Source: Zygnema circumcarinatum SAG 698-1b (Eukaryota > Plantae > Zygnematophyceae). Taken from it: 64,000 bases of DNA. Position numbers and translations under genes: made by a program. The stretch spans positions 1,922,001 through 1,986,000 of the forward strand of contig CM074811.1 in assembly GCA_037447605.1 (NCBI GenBank), written 5' to 3'. Positions 29,179 to 40,138 of the stretch are shown here, piece after piece. Numbering within the stretch: the stretch's first letter is position 1; the number at the start of each line of letters is the position of its first letter. The notes under the pieces were generated by a model. The model saw only the letters and a program-made list of their open reading frames with translations. It was not told the origin of the DNA and made no database searches.

Positions 29179-32100
29179 TCAATCGCCTCTACACCTGAAA
29201 CAGAGCCAGTCGCCCACTGGGATGGCCCTAAGAGGTGGCTCTAAGCAATGTGTGTGCCAGCCCTTGTTGCAGCCTAGCCCCCCCTCTCCCCCTCCCCCTC
29301 TCCCACACACCATCAAAACGAATGACTCCTCTTCGTTCCCACATGCTTCACATAACACATCCGCTTCCGCATGGCTCCTCCATTCCTCCTTAGGGTTTCG
29401 CCCACGCTGACTCGTTCCCCCAAGCTCAGCAGACTCCTCTGTTTCCGAACTCGACTGAGCACAGCCGCTCGGGTCGATATCAGCGTTCCGTCCATCATGA
29501 GGGGTCTGCTCCTTTGGACCCAAATCTGTCCCCTTTACATCCTTCCCTTTCCTTGCTGGTTGCTTAGTAGAAGGGCTTGGTTTGCTGCTGCTTCGTCTCG
29601 CATACTCTTTCAATATGGAAGCGGGGGGTGACCCTTCTCCAGTTAGCCGCGCTTGAAGGCGTGCGAGAGAGGAGTGAGCAAGAGGAGCTGTGTCAAAGAG
29701 GGAGTGACGGCCGAGAGGGTGGCCAGGCTTGGCGATATAGTCCACGAAGTACTCAGGGGTCACACAAGGGACTCTCCCCTTGATGAAGGACATCACCCAT
29801 GGATCATCTGCTGTAATGTCTGCTCAATGCACACACATTCAAACGTTCATTTTAGAATGAACGTGCGGCTGAAGTGAAGCAATAGAATGCCGTTACCTTT
29901 GAAGACGAGTGAAACTGCAAACTGTGAGTGACGAATGATTGAGAAGTACTCGAAGCATAATGAATTCAATGGATGATCTACTACTAGCTTCAACTCGCAC
30001 AGGCAAGATTGCGCAGCCAGAACCATTGATGGACCTTAAAGCAGTACACCTTTACCTGAACCAACCACTGCATAGTCCACTCCAGCAGCCAATGCGCGCC
30101 TGTAGGGCTGCGATGCAGCCAGCACTGTGCCTCCGCCAGCCTTTATTGCTCGCTTTAAAGTGGCCTGCACTCAAAGCCTTGCCTTCTTAGACCATGCTCT
30201 CCTCACTGCCTTTACCTCATCCCAGCTGCAGTTCCAACCTCCCTTTCCCTCCCTTCCCTTTCCCTCCCCTCCCTTTCCCTCCCCTCCCTCACCCTCCCCT
30301 NNNNNNNNNNCCCCCCTCCCTTTCCCTCCCTTCCCTTTCCCTCCCTCCCCTCCCTCCCCCCCCTCCCTTTCCCTCCCCTCCCTTTCCCTCCCTTCCCTTT
30401 CCCTCCCTTTCACATGCACACATACATACCATGGGGGGCATGAGGGACTCCCCGTAAAGCAGCACCTGCAGGCCTTGGAAGGCCCCGCAGCCCCGCGTGT
30501 GCTTAAGGAGACGCCATCTCCGCGGGGCTGAGAGCAGGATGCTGCCCTCCGCGGTGCTGCCCTCGCCCTGCCATTCATGGGCGGCCTCCTCCACAAAGCG
30601 ACCCGCACAGAGACTGGCCTCCAAGTAGGAGGCCTTCAAGATCCACCTATGAAAGTAGAGCCGGTTGCTCCTCCAGTCAGAACAGAATTATGTATAGCAA
30701 ACATGATTTGGTTGTGAATCATTTACGGGAATCTAATTTTATGCTGAGAATGAAGTATAGACATCAAAAGTGTTGCGGTTTCAGCCAATTGGGGGAGGAG
30801 ATTGTCAGTAAACAACAGTGCCGACTTTCGGACAAGCACGTTGCCATGAATTTTGCTGGTAAGTGAAGACTTAGGCACGACCCCCGAACAGCAAATGGGT
30901 CCAACATAGGTAGGGAAAAACAACACCTTCCAGCAGCAGCCCCGGCAAAGAACTTTTCAGTTCGTCGCAGGTCTTTCAGCACCACATGGCTTGCACTGTT
31001 CTTCCATTGGTGGTGTTCTCCACAAAGGCGGCCTCCAAGCTTGCGAACAATTGCCCTAAATTGCTCCTTTTCTGCAGACCATCCACCCAAAGCGAAGCAT
31101 GGTCGCTGCTCTAAACTCAATTTCACTGCACTTTTTTTTCTCTTCGCCTCGGCGTCCACTTGCTTTGCTCCGTCTGTCCCTTTTCCACTTTCAAATAGAG
31201 TAAGCGCGTTATTTCCAGATGCCCGTTTTGAGTTGTCCCGTGAACCCCCCCCTCCGACATCCAATGACTCATTCCCAGAATCAGAATCGTCTTCAGTTCC
31301 AAAGGACATTTTTCCGGTTCGATTCTCTACAACGCGCTGTGCAAGTTTGGGAGCTGCTCGCTTCCGCTTTGGTGAGTCTTTCTTCTTCATCTTTTGCGGC
31401 CGGGCCGACGTGACCGCAACTTCTACACCAGAGCGTTTGTCAGCTGCTCTTTGGCCATTGGTTATGTCAAGTAGCTTCATTCTCTTGGCTTGCGGGAGTG
31501 CACTACATTCTGCTTCAGGTCGTTCCCTTGCCTTCAACAACACCTGTGCTTTTCCCAGACGACCAGCTTTTGTCCTTGGAACCCCCTGAGGGGGTTCGTT
31601 CTCCTGCTCACTGCCTACGAATTTTCCTATTAGCTTGTGACTTCTGTTGGACTTTGTTTCCCGGCTATGTGCTGGACCTTGTTGGGTTCCCTTGGCTTCC
31701 CTGCTTGCGCAATCTTTCTCTGCCATCACTCCAAGGGCAATCCTCTCAGAAATAGGGTTGGGACCAATCTCCTGAGGATTCCCTGCCTGACTTTTTGGCT
31801 GATCGGAAGCCTTCTTGCTTTCAGCACAGTCATCTTGACATATCTCCAAGTTCGTTAGCTTCTCAAGGTCTGAGAATCCACAACTGGGAGCTGCGATACA
31901 GGCTTCTGTTACACCCTCAATAATTCTCACAGAATTCTCCCCTTTTGGCTCTTCTTGGCCTCCAATTGGTAGCGCATGTTCATCACCTCCCAAAACTTCG
32001 ACACTACTTTCTTTAGGCTGCCCTCCTAGTGCCTGCTTGTCTGTTGAACTCCTATCCACCTCTAGTTGCATTTCAGAAAGAACATGTTCTACTCCTTTAG

Positions 32101-35100
32101 ATTTTTTTCTGCCTTTTTCTGCACTCCCCCTTCCTCGTCCTCTTCCTCCCCTTCCTTTTCCTCTTACGCTTCCTCCTTTTCCCTTCTCCCTTTCTTGAGC
32201 TCTAGGCGGGCTAACCAAAGGATGTCCACCTTCCCCTGACAAACGTTCTGCCTCATGTTCTACACCCTCATTGTGGTCTTCCAGTTTTTGCCTCTCCAAC
32301 TGTTGACAGTCCTCGTTAGTGAGAGGAGGAAAATCGTCGTGGTTCAAAGCTTCGTGCGGAGTGGAAACTTTACTGCCGCCTAATTCAACGTCCGCAACTG
32401 ATAATGATCCCTCTCCTACAACCTGCAAAGACTTTGAAAATCCGACAGCCTGTTCTTGGTTGACCAGCTCTTCTTCTGTGGGGAGACCCATCGAAAAATT
32501 CCCTGTTTTCCCAATCTCCTCATCAAGCTGCCCCCAGCTAGCCGCAGATCGTCCACATGTCGCATCATCTCTTGACATCTCTCTCTCATCATCATCCCCC
32601 TCTATTTCAGAAGAGAACTCTGCAGGCACGAGTGGTTTATCAGCATGCAAGCATCCACCTGCCAGATCGGATCTTGTTGTTGTAGTCGTGTCAAATGTCA
32701 CTGCATCGACGTGTGGTAGTGAGGCTACTGTTGGCGGCTGTTCAACAACAATGCTATTCCTTTTCCGCTTCTCACCTGAACTTGTTGGGCTTGACAGCTC
32801 TTTCTGCAGGTGTGAGGTAACATCACTGCCGCCTACTTTTCGCTCCCCGCCTGAAACATCCCTCAGCAATTTCCCTCCTGATTCAAGGGTTCGTACTTCA
32901 TCTTGGGCCTCAGACTGAGCACAGGGACTTGCCAAATGTTGATCTGTCTGCCCAATACCATCCAAAGTCAAGTCCGCCTTCAGTGTGGCCTTGCTTGCTT
33001 GCTCCATTGTTCGAATTGGTGTATTGCTATCAGTACCTCCTGCCTGTTCGCGTCCGTAGTTCGACGACCGTCGCATATAGCTCCTTATAGCGTTATTTTC
33101 AGCTACCTTCATGCCTTGATTTTGGAGCTCAGCAGTCTTGGCGTCATAATCCATTTGGCACTGATCCGTCCAATCTCCCTCTATATCCTCGATATCCTTA
33201 TCCAGTACAGTGCTAATATTCTCGTTCTGATGATTCGGACCATGAACGCCTGAAGTACCAACATCACTCATGTTCTGGTTCTGTGGGAGTTCCACAACAG
33301 CTGGTTTGGCAGAAGGAAACGTCTCCTTGAAGTGTTCCTCCCCACCACTGAAATCCATTAATGTGTTGACGAGCTTACCGCTAGCTTCTGTGTGTTCCTC
33401 GTCCTCAGACACCTTAGACGGGGTCCTAAGGTCAGAGGGCAGCACCTGCTCTTCTGGTCCTTCCGTCGAGTCACCATCCTGTGCAGTGTTATCACTCTCC
33501 ATCTGATGATTTGCGTCCTGATTGTCCAATGTACCTAGTCTACTCACACTCTGACTGTTTGAGTGTTCCACAACAGCTCCATTGGCAGATAGCAACTTCT
33601 CCTTTTCACCAGTGCTGCCCTCCATTAACGTATTGGAAAGGTTCACATTAGCTCCTGCACGTTCCTGTTCCTGAGTCTGCTCAGGTGGATTCCTCAGGTC
33701 AGATGGAAGCACTAAGGGTTGAACAGGAGGGCACCCTGCTTTCCCTTGTGCACTACCTCCATCCAAAACAGTCTGGAAGTCCAAATTCTCATCCTCAGGC
33801 TGTGTGGGTGCATTTAAATCCACGTCATTGCCAGGATGAGCATCCACATCTGCTTCGCCATTGCCTTTGAGATCAAGACCTCCATTTGGGGACAACCGTC
33901 CAGGGCGAACCTCCAACTCCCTATCCTTCTCACTTTGATTTTGTTCCCCTCCACTAAAGTGCACTACTTTGGAGGCTTCAGGCAGCCAACAGTTACCATC
34001 AGTTTCTGGCACCCATGGATGTCTGTGCAGTTTCTGCGTGTGCCTGCCAGGGGCCAACGCCAACGAAGGCTTCACTGGAGAAAGTAAGCCTTGAGAGGCA
34101 ACTGCCTGTTGCACAGTTAGTGTTGCTCCTTCGGTTGGGCGATTCAAATGTGGATGATAGAGATCAAAGGCATGCTGATCAGAAGCGCAAGTTTCTGTTG
34201 CAGCCGCCTCTGCTGCTTCCAGCTCTGCACCACTGTAACAGACAACATATACATAAAAAAAAAAAACGTCAGAAAAGACAGGCATCCGTAAGAACATCAC
34301 TTAAAAAATAAACGGCAAGCTTGCCATGCAACGAATTGTATAAGTGGAAATGAGACAGCGAAATCGTGCAACTGAAGGTAAAAAGGACATGCGCACTGTG
34401 ACCTTAAACTATGAAGCTGCTTCGCGACTGTGGTCATCGTGCTCAGGAGATATGAAGGGGCAGCCACAGTCTGAGTTTTGCTGATGATAAATAGAATGAG
34501 AGCACCTACTGTCTCGTCCTTGACAAAGCTTAAATTTGATAACTACGTTAACGAGGAACAGAGATCTATCACTAACATCATTTCATAGAGTTTGACGCGT
34601 ACATTGATAGACACCACCAAAGTTCAGGACAAACACCTCAAAAAGTACAAGCTTTGCGCAATAAAAATGCATGATGTCTAAGCGAACTGAGATTAAGCGC
34701 AGCAATACCTCATGGCATAGTTCTCCTCGGGCAAAAGTCTCCATGCTTTGAGACTGGAGCAGACCCAGATCCCAGAGCAAACACGATAGTAATTCTCAGC
34801 AACTGAATTTTGCATTCCCAACTAGCGCTCAAACGCGCAATGGACTGAAGAGTAATAATGCATAACAGTTGTAGGGCGGGTTTGCCTTTCATTTAATGGA
34901 CACTTAATTGGCATACTTGAATACAATGCTTAATAACTAATCCCAAATCACCAATGCCAGGCATGCACTTTAATGGGACTGTCAAACAATTGCGCCATAA
35001 TGGCGGCTCATACGTACTTTGTTGAAAACCCTAACAAAAGCAAAAGTGGCATATCTAAACGAAATACTTGCAAACAGCCTTCATCCATCCTTGTTATCTC

Positions 35101-37122
35101 TACTAAAGGTTCTAGCAACGTGAACTTTGCAGCTTTCACAAAACAAGGGCATAAGCGTTAGGTATGTACCTGTCTTCCACCCATTGATGATTCACTATCT
35201 TGATGTCATGACGTTTTGCCATGTTGTACTTCTCACCTGAAATCATCATTTCACACGCCTGCCTTGTTCAATAAGAAACTTAATGGAGTGTCGAGACTTC
35301 CATCCACGATAAATTTCTGAAACAGAATCATAACAATGCAGGAGGGCATGCAGACAGATCCCATGATTTTGGACAAACTTCGGCCAGTCGTGATCCTCTA
35401 GTCACTCAACTTGGTTTTGAAGGTTGGAAGTTGCCAACATCCAATTCTACGGGGGTGAGCAAAACGTCCTTTCGAGATGCAACCTACAAGCTTCGAACTC
35501 AATGTTTCACGGCAAGAAGTTTCCCACACCTTGAAAATCGAAAACAACGAGGTGAGTTGTCGTCGCAGAATTGAGCGCCTTCGTAAATTTTGCCCCCATC
35601 ATACGCACTAGCCTCTGCAGCAAACTATCTTTGTTAAAAAAGCCCATCAAAGTCAGCAGCTCGTTGGTCACAGTGGTGCACATTTTAATTGCATGCTAGT
35701 TGGTTAATGACGCCTAATTCAATAGTTCTTTACAGCAAGGACGTGGGGCAGTGGCCTCCATGGCGAACATAACATCCTCATAGGCTGGAATATAATCAAG
35801 TGAGGCACTACTGAAGACAAACCTCGATTTCAAATCGGTCTTTGCTGCGGTATCCTGTGAGACATACAGAGAGTTTATCTGCCCCCGGTATTCCAAAACG
35901 TCCTCCAAGGGGAAAGTGCGTAACCTGCCAACATATTCACAGAAGAAAAAAATATTCAACTCTAGGGCATCAATCCGGGATTCTCAATCCACCTCTTGTG
36001 TATTTGGACGTTAGAAGGTGTATCTAACTAACACTTGACTGTCCCATATAGTTCGCAAACAAACCTATTTCTATGTGAAACTCTGGACAACCATTCATAT
36101 GGCATCTTCCGGGCTGTTCTCCATCAGATAAGCTATAGCTTGTGGACACCTATTCTGGGACATGATCTGCATAGACGAGGCTAGAAAGTTGGAAGAATAT
36201 TAAACTAGTGAAGATGGGTCTATTTGCATACCTTTTGAGGCGTAATAAGTGCTTGTGCATCCAGACAATCCTTCACCCACGTTGTGGTGACGACCGCCTT
36301 TCCCTCTCGCCTCGCTATCGCACACACGGAGTCGTCCTGTTCCACATATATCATACTAGCGACATCAGGTTCACGTTATTATCCTCACCTTGATCTTCAT
36401 CAGCAATGTAACTGTCAAATGCCTTACGCATCTCTAGCCAAACTCTACGAATCTCACGTTTTCAAGAAGAAGAGGTCATCAGTATTGAGCCGAGCCTACG
36501 AGTCAGTTTGGGAATGAATGAATGTACAGCTAGAAAAGGCGTCTCCGCAAGGCTCCTCCCGGAAACAAGAAGTTACTGGTACTCACCATTGTTAAATTTT
36601 CCACGACGATGTGTGAACATCTGGAGCTGTAAAAATCAAGAACTTCGCCACCACATCGAGTTAAGGCTTCAACGATCTGAAAGAAGCAAAGCATTGCAGA
36701 AAGATTAGGGACTTTATTCGAGACACTAGAGGGCACTCCATAAGGTAACCTTGAATGGCTTGAAGTAAACATACCCTAAAAGTCCTCACAATAGGGCCAT
36801 GCTGTGCTAGAGAATTAGCTAATTATGAAATAAAGGTAGAATTGTGCGTAGTTTTGTCTAGAAACTGAAAAACACTGGACTGATAGAGGCGAAAGTCTGC
36901 AGTACGAGCCGAAATCTCTAAATGAAAAGTGAACGAGCGTAGAAAGGCCAGCAGCTGCCTGACAGTTTGCGGCACAAGCTATGGGGATTCTGTTCTCCCT
37001 GAAATTAAGGAAAAAAGAATCGGGATGAACGAAATTTGGCACACCTCCTTGATGCTATCTTCCACACCGGCCACAAAAAACCGAAGGCCAAGAAATATTG
37101 GCTGAAATCCCTCCGTCGCCAT
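29179..37122 (-). CDS. Multi-BRCT protein with C-terminal PHD finger (resembles Arabidopsis At4g02110/BCP1), ~1614 aa
   Basis: 11 exons: 37122-37045, 36676-36587, 36336-36232, 35924-35823, 35614-35530, 35236-35170, 34753-34709, 34232-30927, 30646-30430, 30164-30056, 29819-29179. N-terminal BRCTs (SHIVV, CLTGY, THLVV, VNHQWVED), C-terminal BRCT pair (SHVVLKDLRRTEKFFAGAAAGRWIL), PHD CEAC..C..C..H..C..W.C..C. Confidence 0.92.
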
Positions 37123-37569
37123 GCCAGATTCCTTCTGGTCGGCTTCACTCAGCAATACCAATCACTGACATCCCCTTCAAATAAAACGACCACTTAAATA
37201 AACAAAAAATCGAAACTGCAATGCCGCAGCTCCCTCTAATTTCATAACCTGAAGTGTCTTGCGCGGTCATTCCCAACTGTGAAAAATGAATCCAGCTTCA
37301 GTTCACATCCTCAGCGCAGGTCTCAGCCAGCCTGCAGCGCAGCAGGGCCGCCGTTTGGCAGTGGGGCGTGAGCCAGGCGCCCTCCAGGCGCGGGCCCCGC
37401 CCCCCCAAGCCCGCCTCCGAATTTGGGCCTCCCTCCCTCCCGGCGAAATGCAAATTTGAACTGCCGCGCTCCTTCCCGAGTGCGAGCCAGCGAGCGAGCG
37501 AGCGCGCCCTCCTTCCGCCCGCCTTCGAATTTCAGACCTGCGAAGAGCGCGCGCTAGGAGTCCGCGGAA

Positions 37570-37805
37570 CCCATGGAACCCACGGACCCCATGGTACCCA
37601 TCCATAGACCCCTGGACCCATAGACCCCGTGGACCCCCATAGACCCCATGGAACCCATCCATATACCTCATGGACCCATGGACCCATGGACCCATGGACT
37701 CATGGACTCCATGAACTCATGGACCCCATGGATGCATGGACTCCATGGACTCATGGATCCCATGGACCCATGGACTCATCCATGGCCATGGGGCCGCCCC
37801 CATGG
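37570..37805. repeat. (CATGGACC)n-type minisatellite, 8-9-bp degenerate unit
   Basis: Run of ccatggac/ccatagac/catggact units, e.g. catggacccatggacccatggacccatggactcatggact. Confidence 0.9.
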
Positions 37806-37845
37806 GGGGCGAGTCCGGCGACTCGAGGCTCGTACCGCTTCGACG

Positions 37846-38025
37846 GACACGTGGCGTATCATATGGTCGGACTCCGACAATCTCGCAAGTGACAATCCAA
37901 CGGTCAGCGCGCAGAGAATGGACACGTGGCTTATCCAACGGCCAATCGCCGAAACATCTCGCACGGGACAATCGACGAGTCTACTGTTTAGTGGTGGGAT
38001 GATCCACGTGGCCATCCAACGGTCC
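37846..38025. promoter_or_regulatory. MSA-like elements (TCCAACGG) paired with G-boxes upstream of the BRCT gene
   Basis: TCCAACGGTCA 37896-37906, TCCAACGGCCA 37934-37944, TCCAACGGTCC 38015-38025; CACGTGG at ~37848, 37923 and 38005. Confidence 0.5.
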
Positions 38026-38036
38026 TTAGTTTATTA

Positions 38037-38595
38037 GGGGGGGTCAGACCTTGACCATCGCCAAACCAATTTCGTAAGCCCGTCGGGCCTATTCCGCCGT
38101 GTACGGCAGGCCTTTTTCGTAAAAAGTGGCCGTTCGGCAGGTTCGGGCGCCGCGAATTCAAGAAAATAATTATTTTACCTTCGTATCTCCGGGCCAGGTC
38201 TGACTCCCCCCTTTTCGCCCCGCCGCGCTCCCTCCGCCGCCCGCCGCCCGCCGCCCTCCGTTTTGTCGCCACGCGCGCACCACACGTGCGAGAGGCGCTC
38301 GCACGTGCGTGACGCGCATGGCGACAAGGCGGGGCACGATTCCTCATCGGCGGATTTGCTGCCTTTTCAACAAAACCGAAACGCAGGGCCTCCGGAGGCC
38401 CTGCGTTTCGGCGAGCGGATTTCGGCGGATTTCGGAAATTTGGGGACATTTTTGTAACTATCCCGTAGTACGGACGGGACATGACAGGTTCGGGGGAGCC
38501 GATGCTTCCGAACCGAAACCTGGAAACGAAATCAATACCTTTCCGTATAGGGAATCTTTGAATTTCGTAAGCGATGGTCAAGGTCTGACCCCCCC
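38037..38595. mobile_element. MITE with G7-terminal 25-bp TIRs (559 bp), TA (or TATTA) TSD
   Basis: Perfect TIR GGGGGGGTCAGACCTTGACCATCGC at both ends, flanked by TATTA on both sides. Internal copy of the right end at ~38196-38211. Related copy at 46362-46607. Confidence 0.88.
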
Positions 38596-38886
38596 TATTA
38601 GTTCGGATTCGGAAAAATACATGTCAAATTATTACTTATCGCGCGTTGGCGGCTGTGCGCCAGCGTGGCCGCCGTACCCCCGTGGCATCTCGCACGGATC
38701 TTCAACGCCACGCGGCGGCGCACGATTGGAAAACTCAGGCGTAGTTTCTGGGGAATTGCCCTCAGGGGTGTGTTCTGGGGAACTACGCCTGTACCTCCAC
38801 GTCGGTCCTAGTCGGCGCCACGACGGCGCCACATCATCCTCCAAAACTACGCGTCGTCGAACTGTGTACGGACGAACATCGAAGTA

Positions 38887-39370
38887 CAGTCTAATCACGT
38901 TATAGTGACTGTGTCGGTCCCCACACATTTGTGTCACTATATCGGTAATGACCCGTTTGTCATTTCACATTTATAGTAACAATGTTATTACATATGTTTT
39001 TGCGGTATATTCGTACGACTTTGATACCGTACATTGTACTTTTTGGGCAGTCGTCACGTGGGTAGGTGTGTACGAACCCTAGTGAGCATGTGTACGGACA
39101 AGTTGATATGTACGGTAAAGTCGATATCTGACGATATTAGTCGATAATGTGTACGGACGTAATATATTTGTAACGCATATTCCAATACGTGGGTGGATAA
39201 TATCGACATTTTGAATATATAGTAACAATCAGGGTTTTTCAACGTCATTATATCCGTAATGGCGTCACTACTGGCGCAGGATCTGCAGTGGTGCAATTCC
39301 GTTCCCGGAAAAAAAGTCAGTATATCCATGCTATTCTTATAAACAGTGTCACTATAACGTGATTAGACTG
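38887..39370. mobile_element. Tc1/mariner-type MITE (484 bp)
   Basis: Perfect 23-bp TIR CAGTCTAATCACGTTATAGTGAC; TA TSD at 38885-38886 and 39371-39372; CAG...CTG termini. Confidence 0.9.
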
Positions 39371-40138
39371 TACGGACGACGTGAAACGGGGTTTCAAATC
39401 ATCCACGTGGCGAGCGCTAATTGAAAGACTCGGTACCTGACGGCGTTTTCTTTTGCAAAACGACGCGTTTGCCGTTCACCGTTACGGACCGTTACGAAAC
39501 GCGCTCATGGAACGCGACCCTCAAGTACTGGTTGGTCGCCCACAGATGGTCAAACTTTTGTTACGTTTGATGCCCCCTATGAGAGAGGGAATGGCATTGA
39601 ACTCTCGATGGCGAGGACATCAAACGTACATGGACAAAAGCAGCATGGGTTTATGGGTTTTAACTAGTCAAAAGTTCGCCTGTCTTTGCTTTTTGGTCTC
39701 CGCCAGGCGATAGCCAGGGAGAGGGGTCAAAGAGATCATCGTCTCCGATTTCTGGAAGTTGGCAGAGGCCGCAGTTTCAACACAATGTTCAAGTACAACC
39801 GCCAACATCACTTAGCATACAAAGTGCCCGCCAGGACCAGCTGCACATTGAACACCTTCTGCACACGGTCCGAAAAATAGCAGCATCGAAAGCCCATTTA
39901 ATCTAACGTCTCACAATGAAGATGATGGTGATGGGGAATCCCAGATTAGTGCCATCCAGGTGCAGGCGTTTGCCCGCCGAATCCCGACATAGAATGATGC
40001 TACATTTCGACAGCAGAAATATCTCACCTATTAATACACCGAGCAAAACCCGCCACTCTAAGATTATCTCTCCATGCCAGGCGTTGCTTCAGCGGAGTAA
40101 GCAAATGCCACTACCTGCCCTGCCTCGACCCCCACCTG

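Noticed and set aside
37570-37805. Repeat array as a possible CRISPR
   Set aside because: Short tandem units with no unique spacers, eukaryotic context, and no cas genes.
39650-39670. CTAG|T as a Helitron 3' end closing the cassette-bearing segment
   Set aside because: No GC-rich hairpin 10-15 nt upstream and no defined 5' TC end; boundaries left unassigned.
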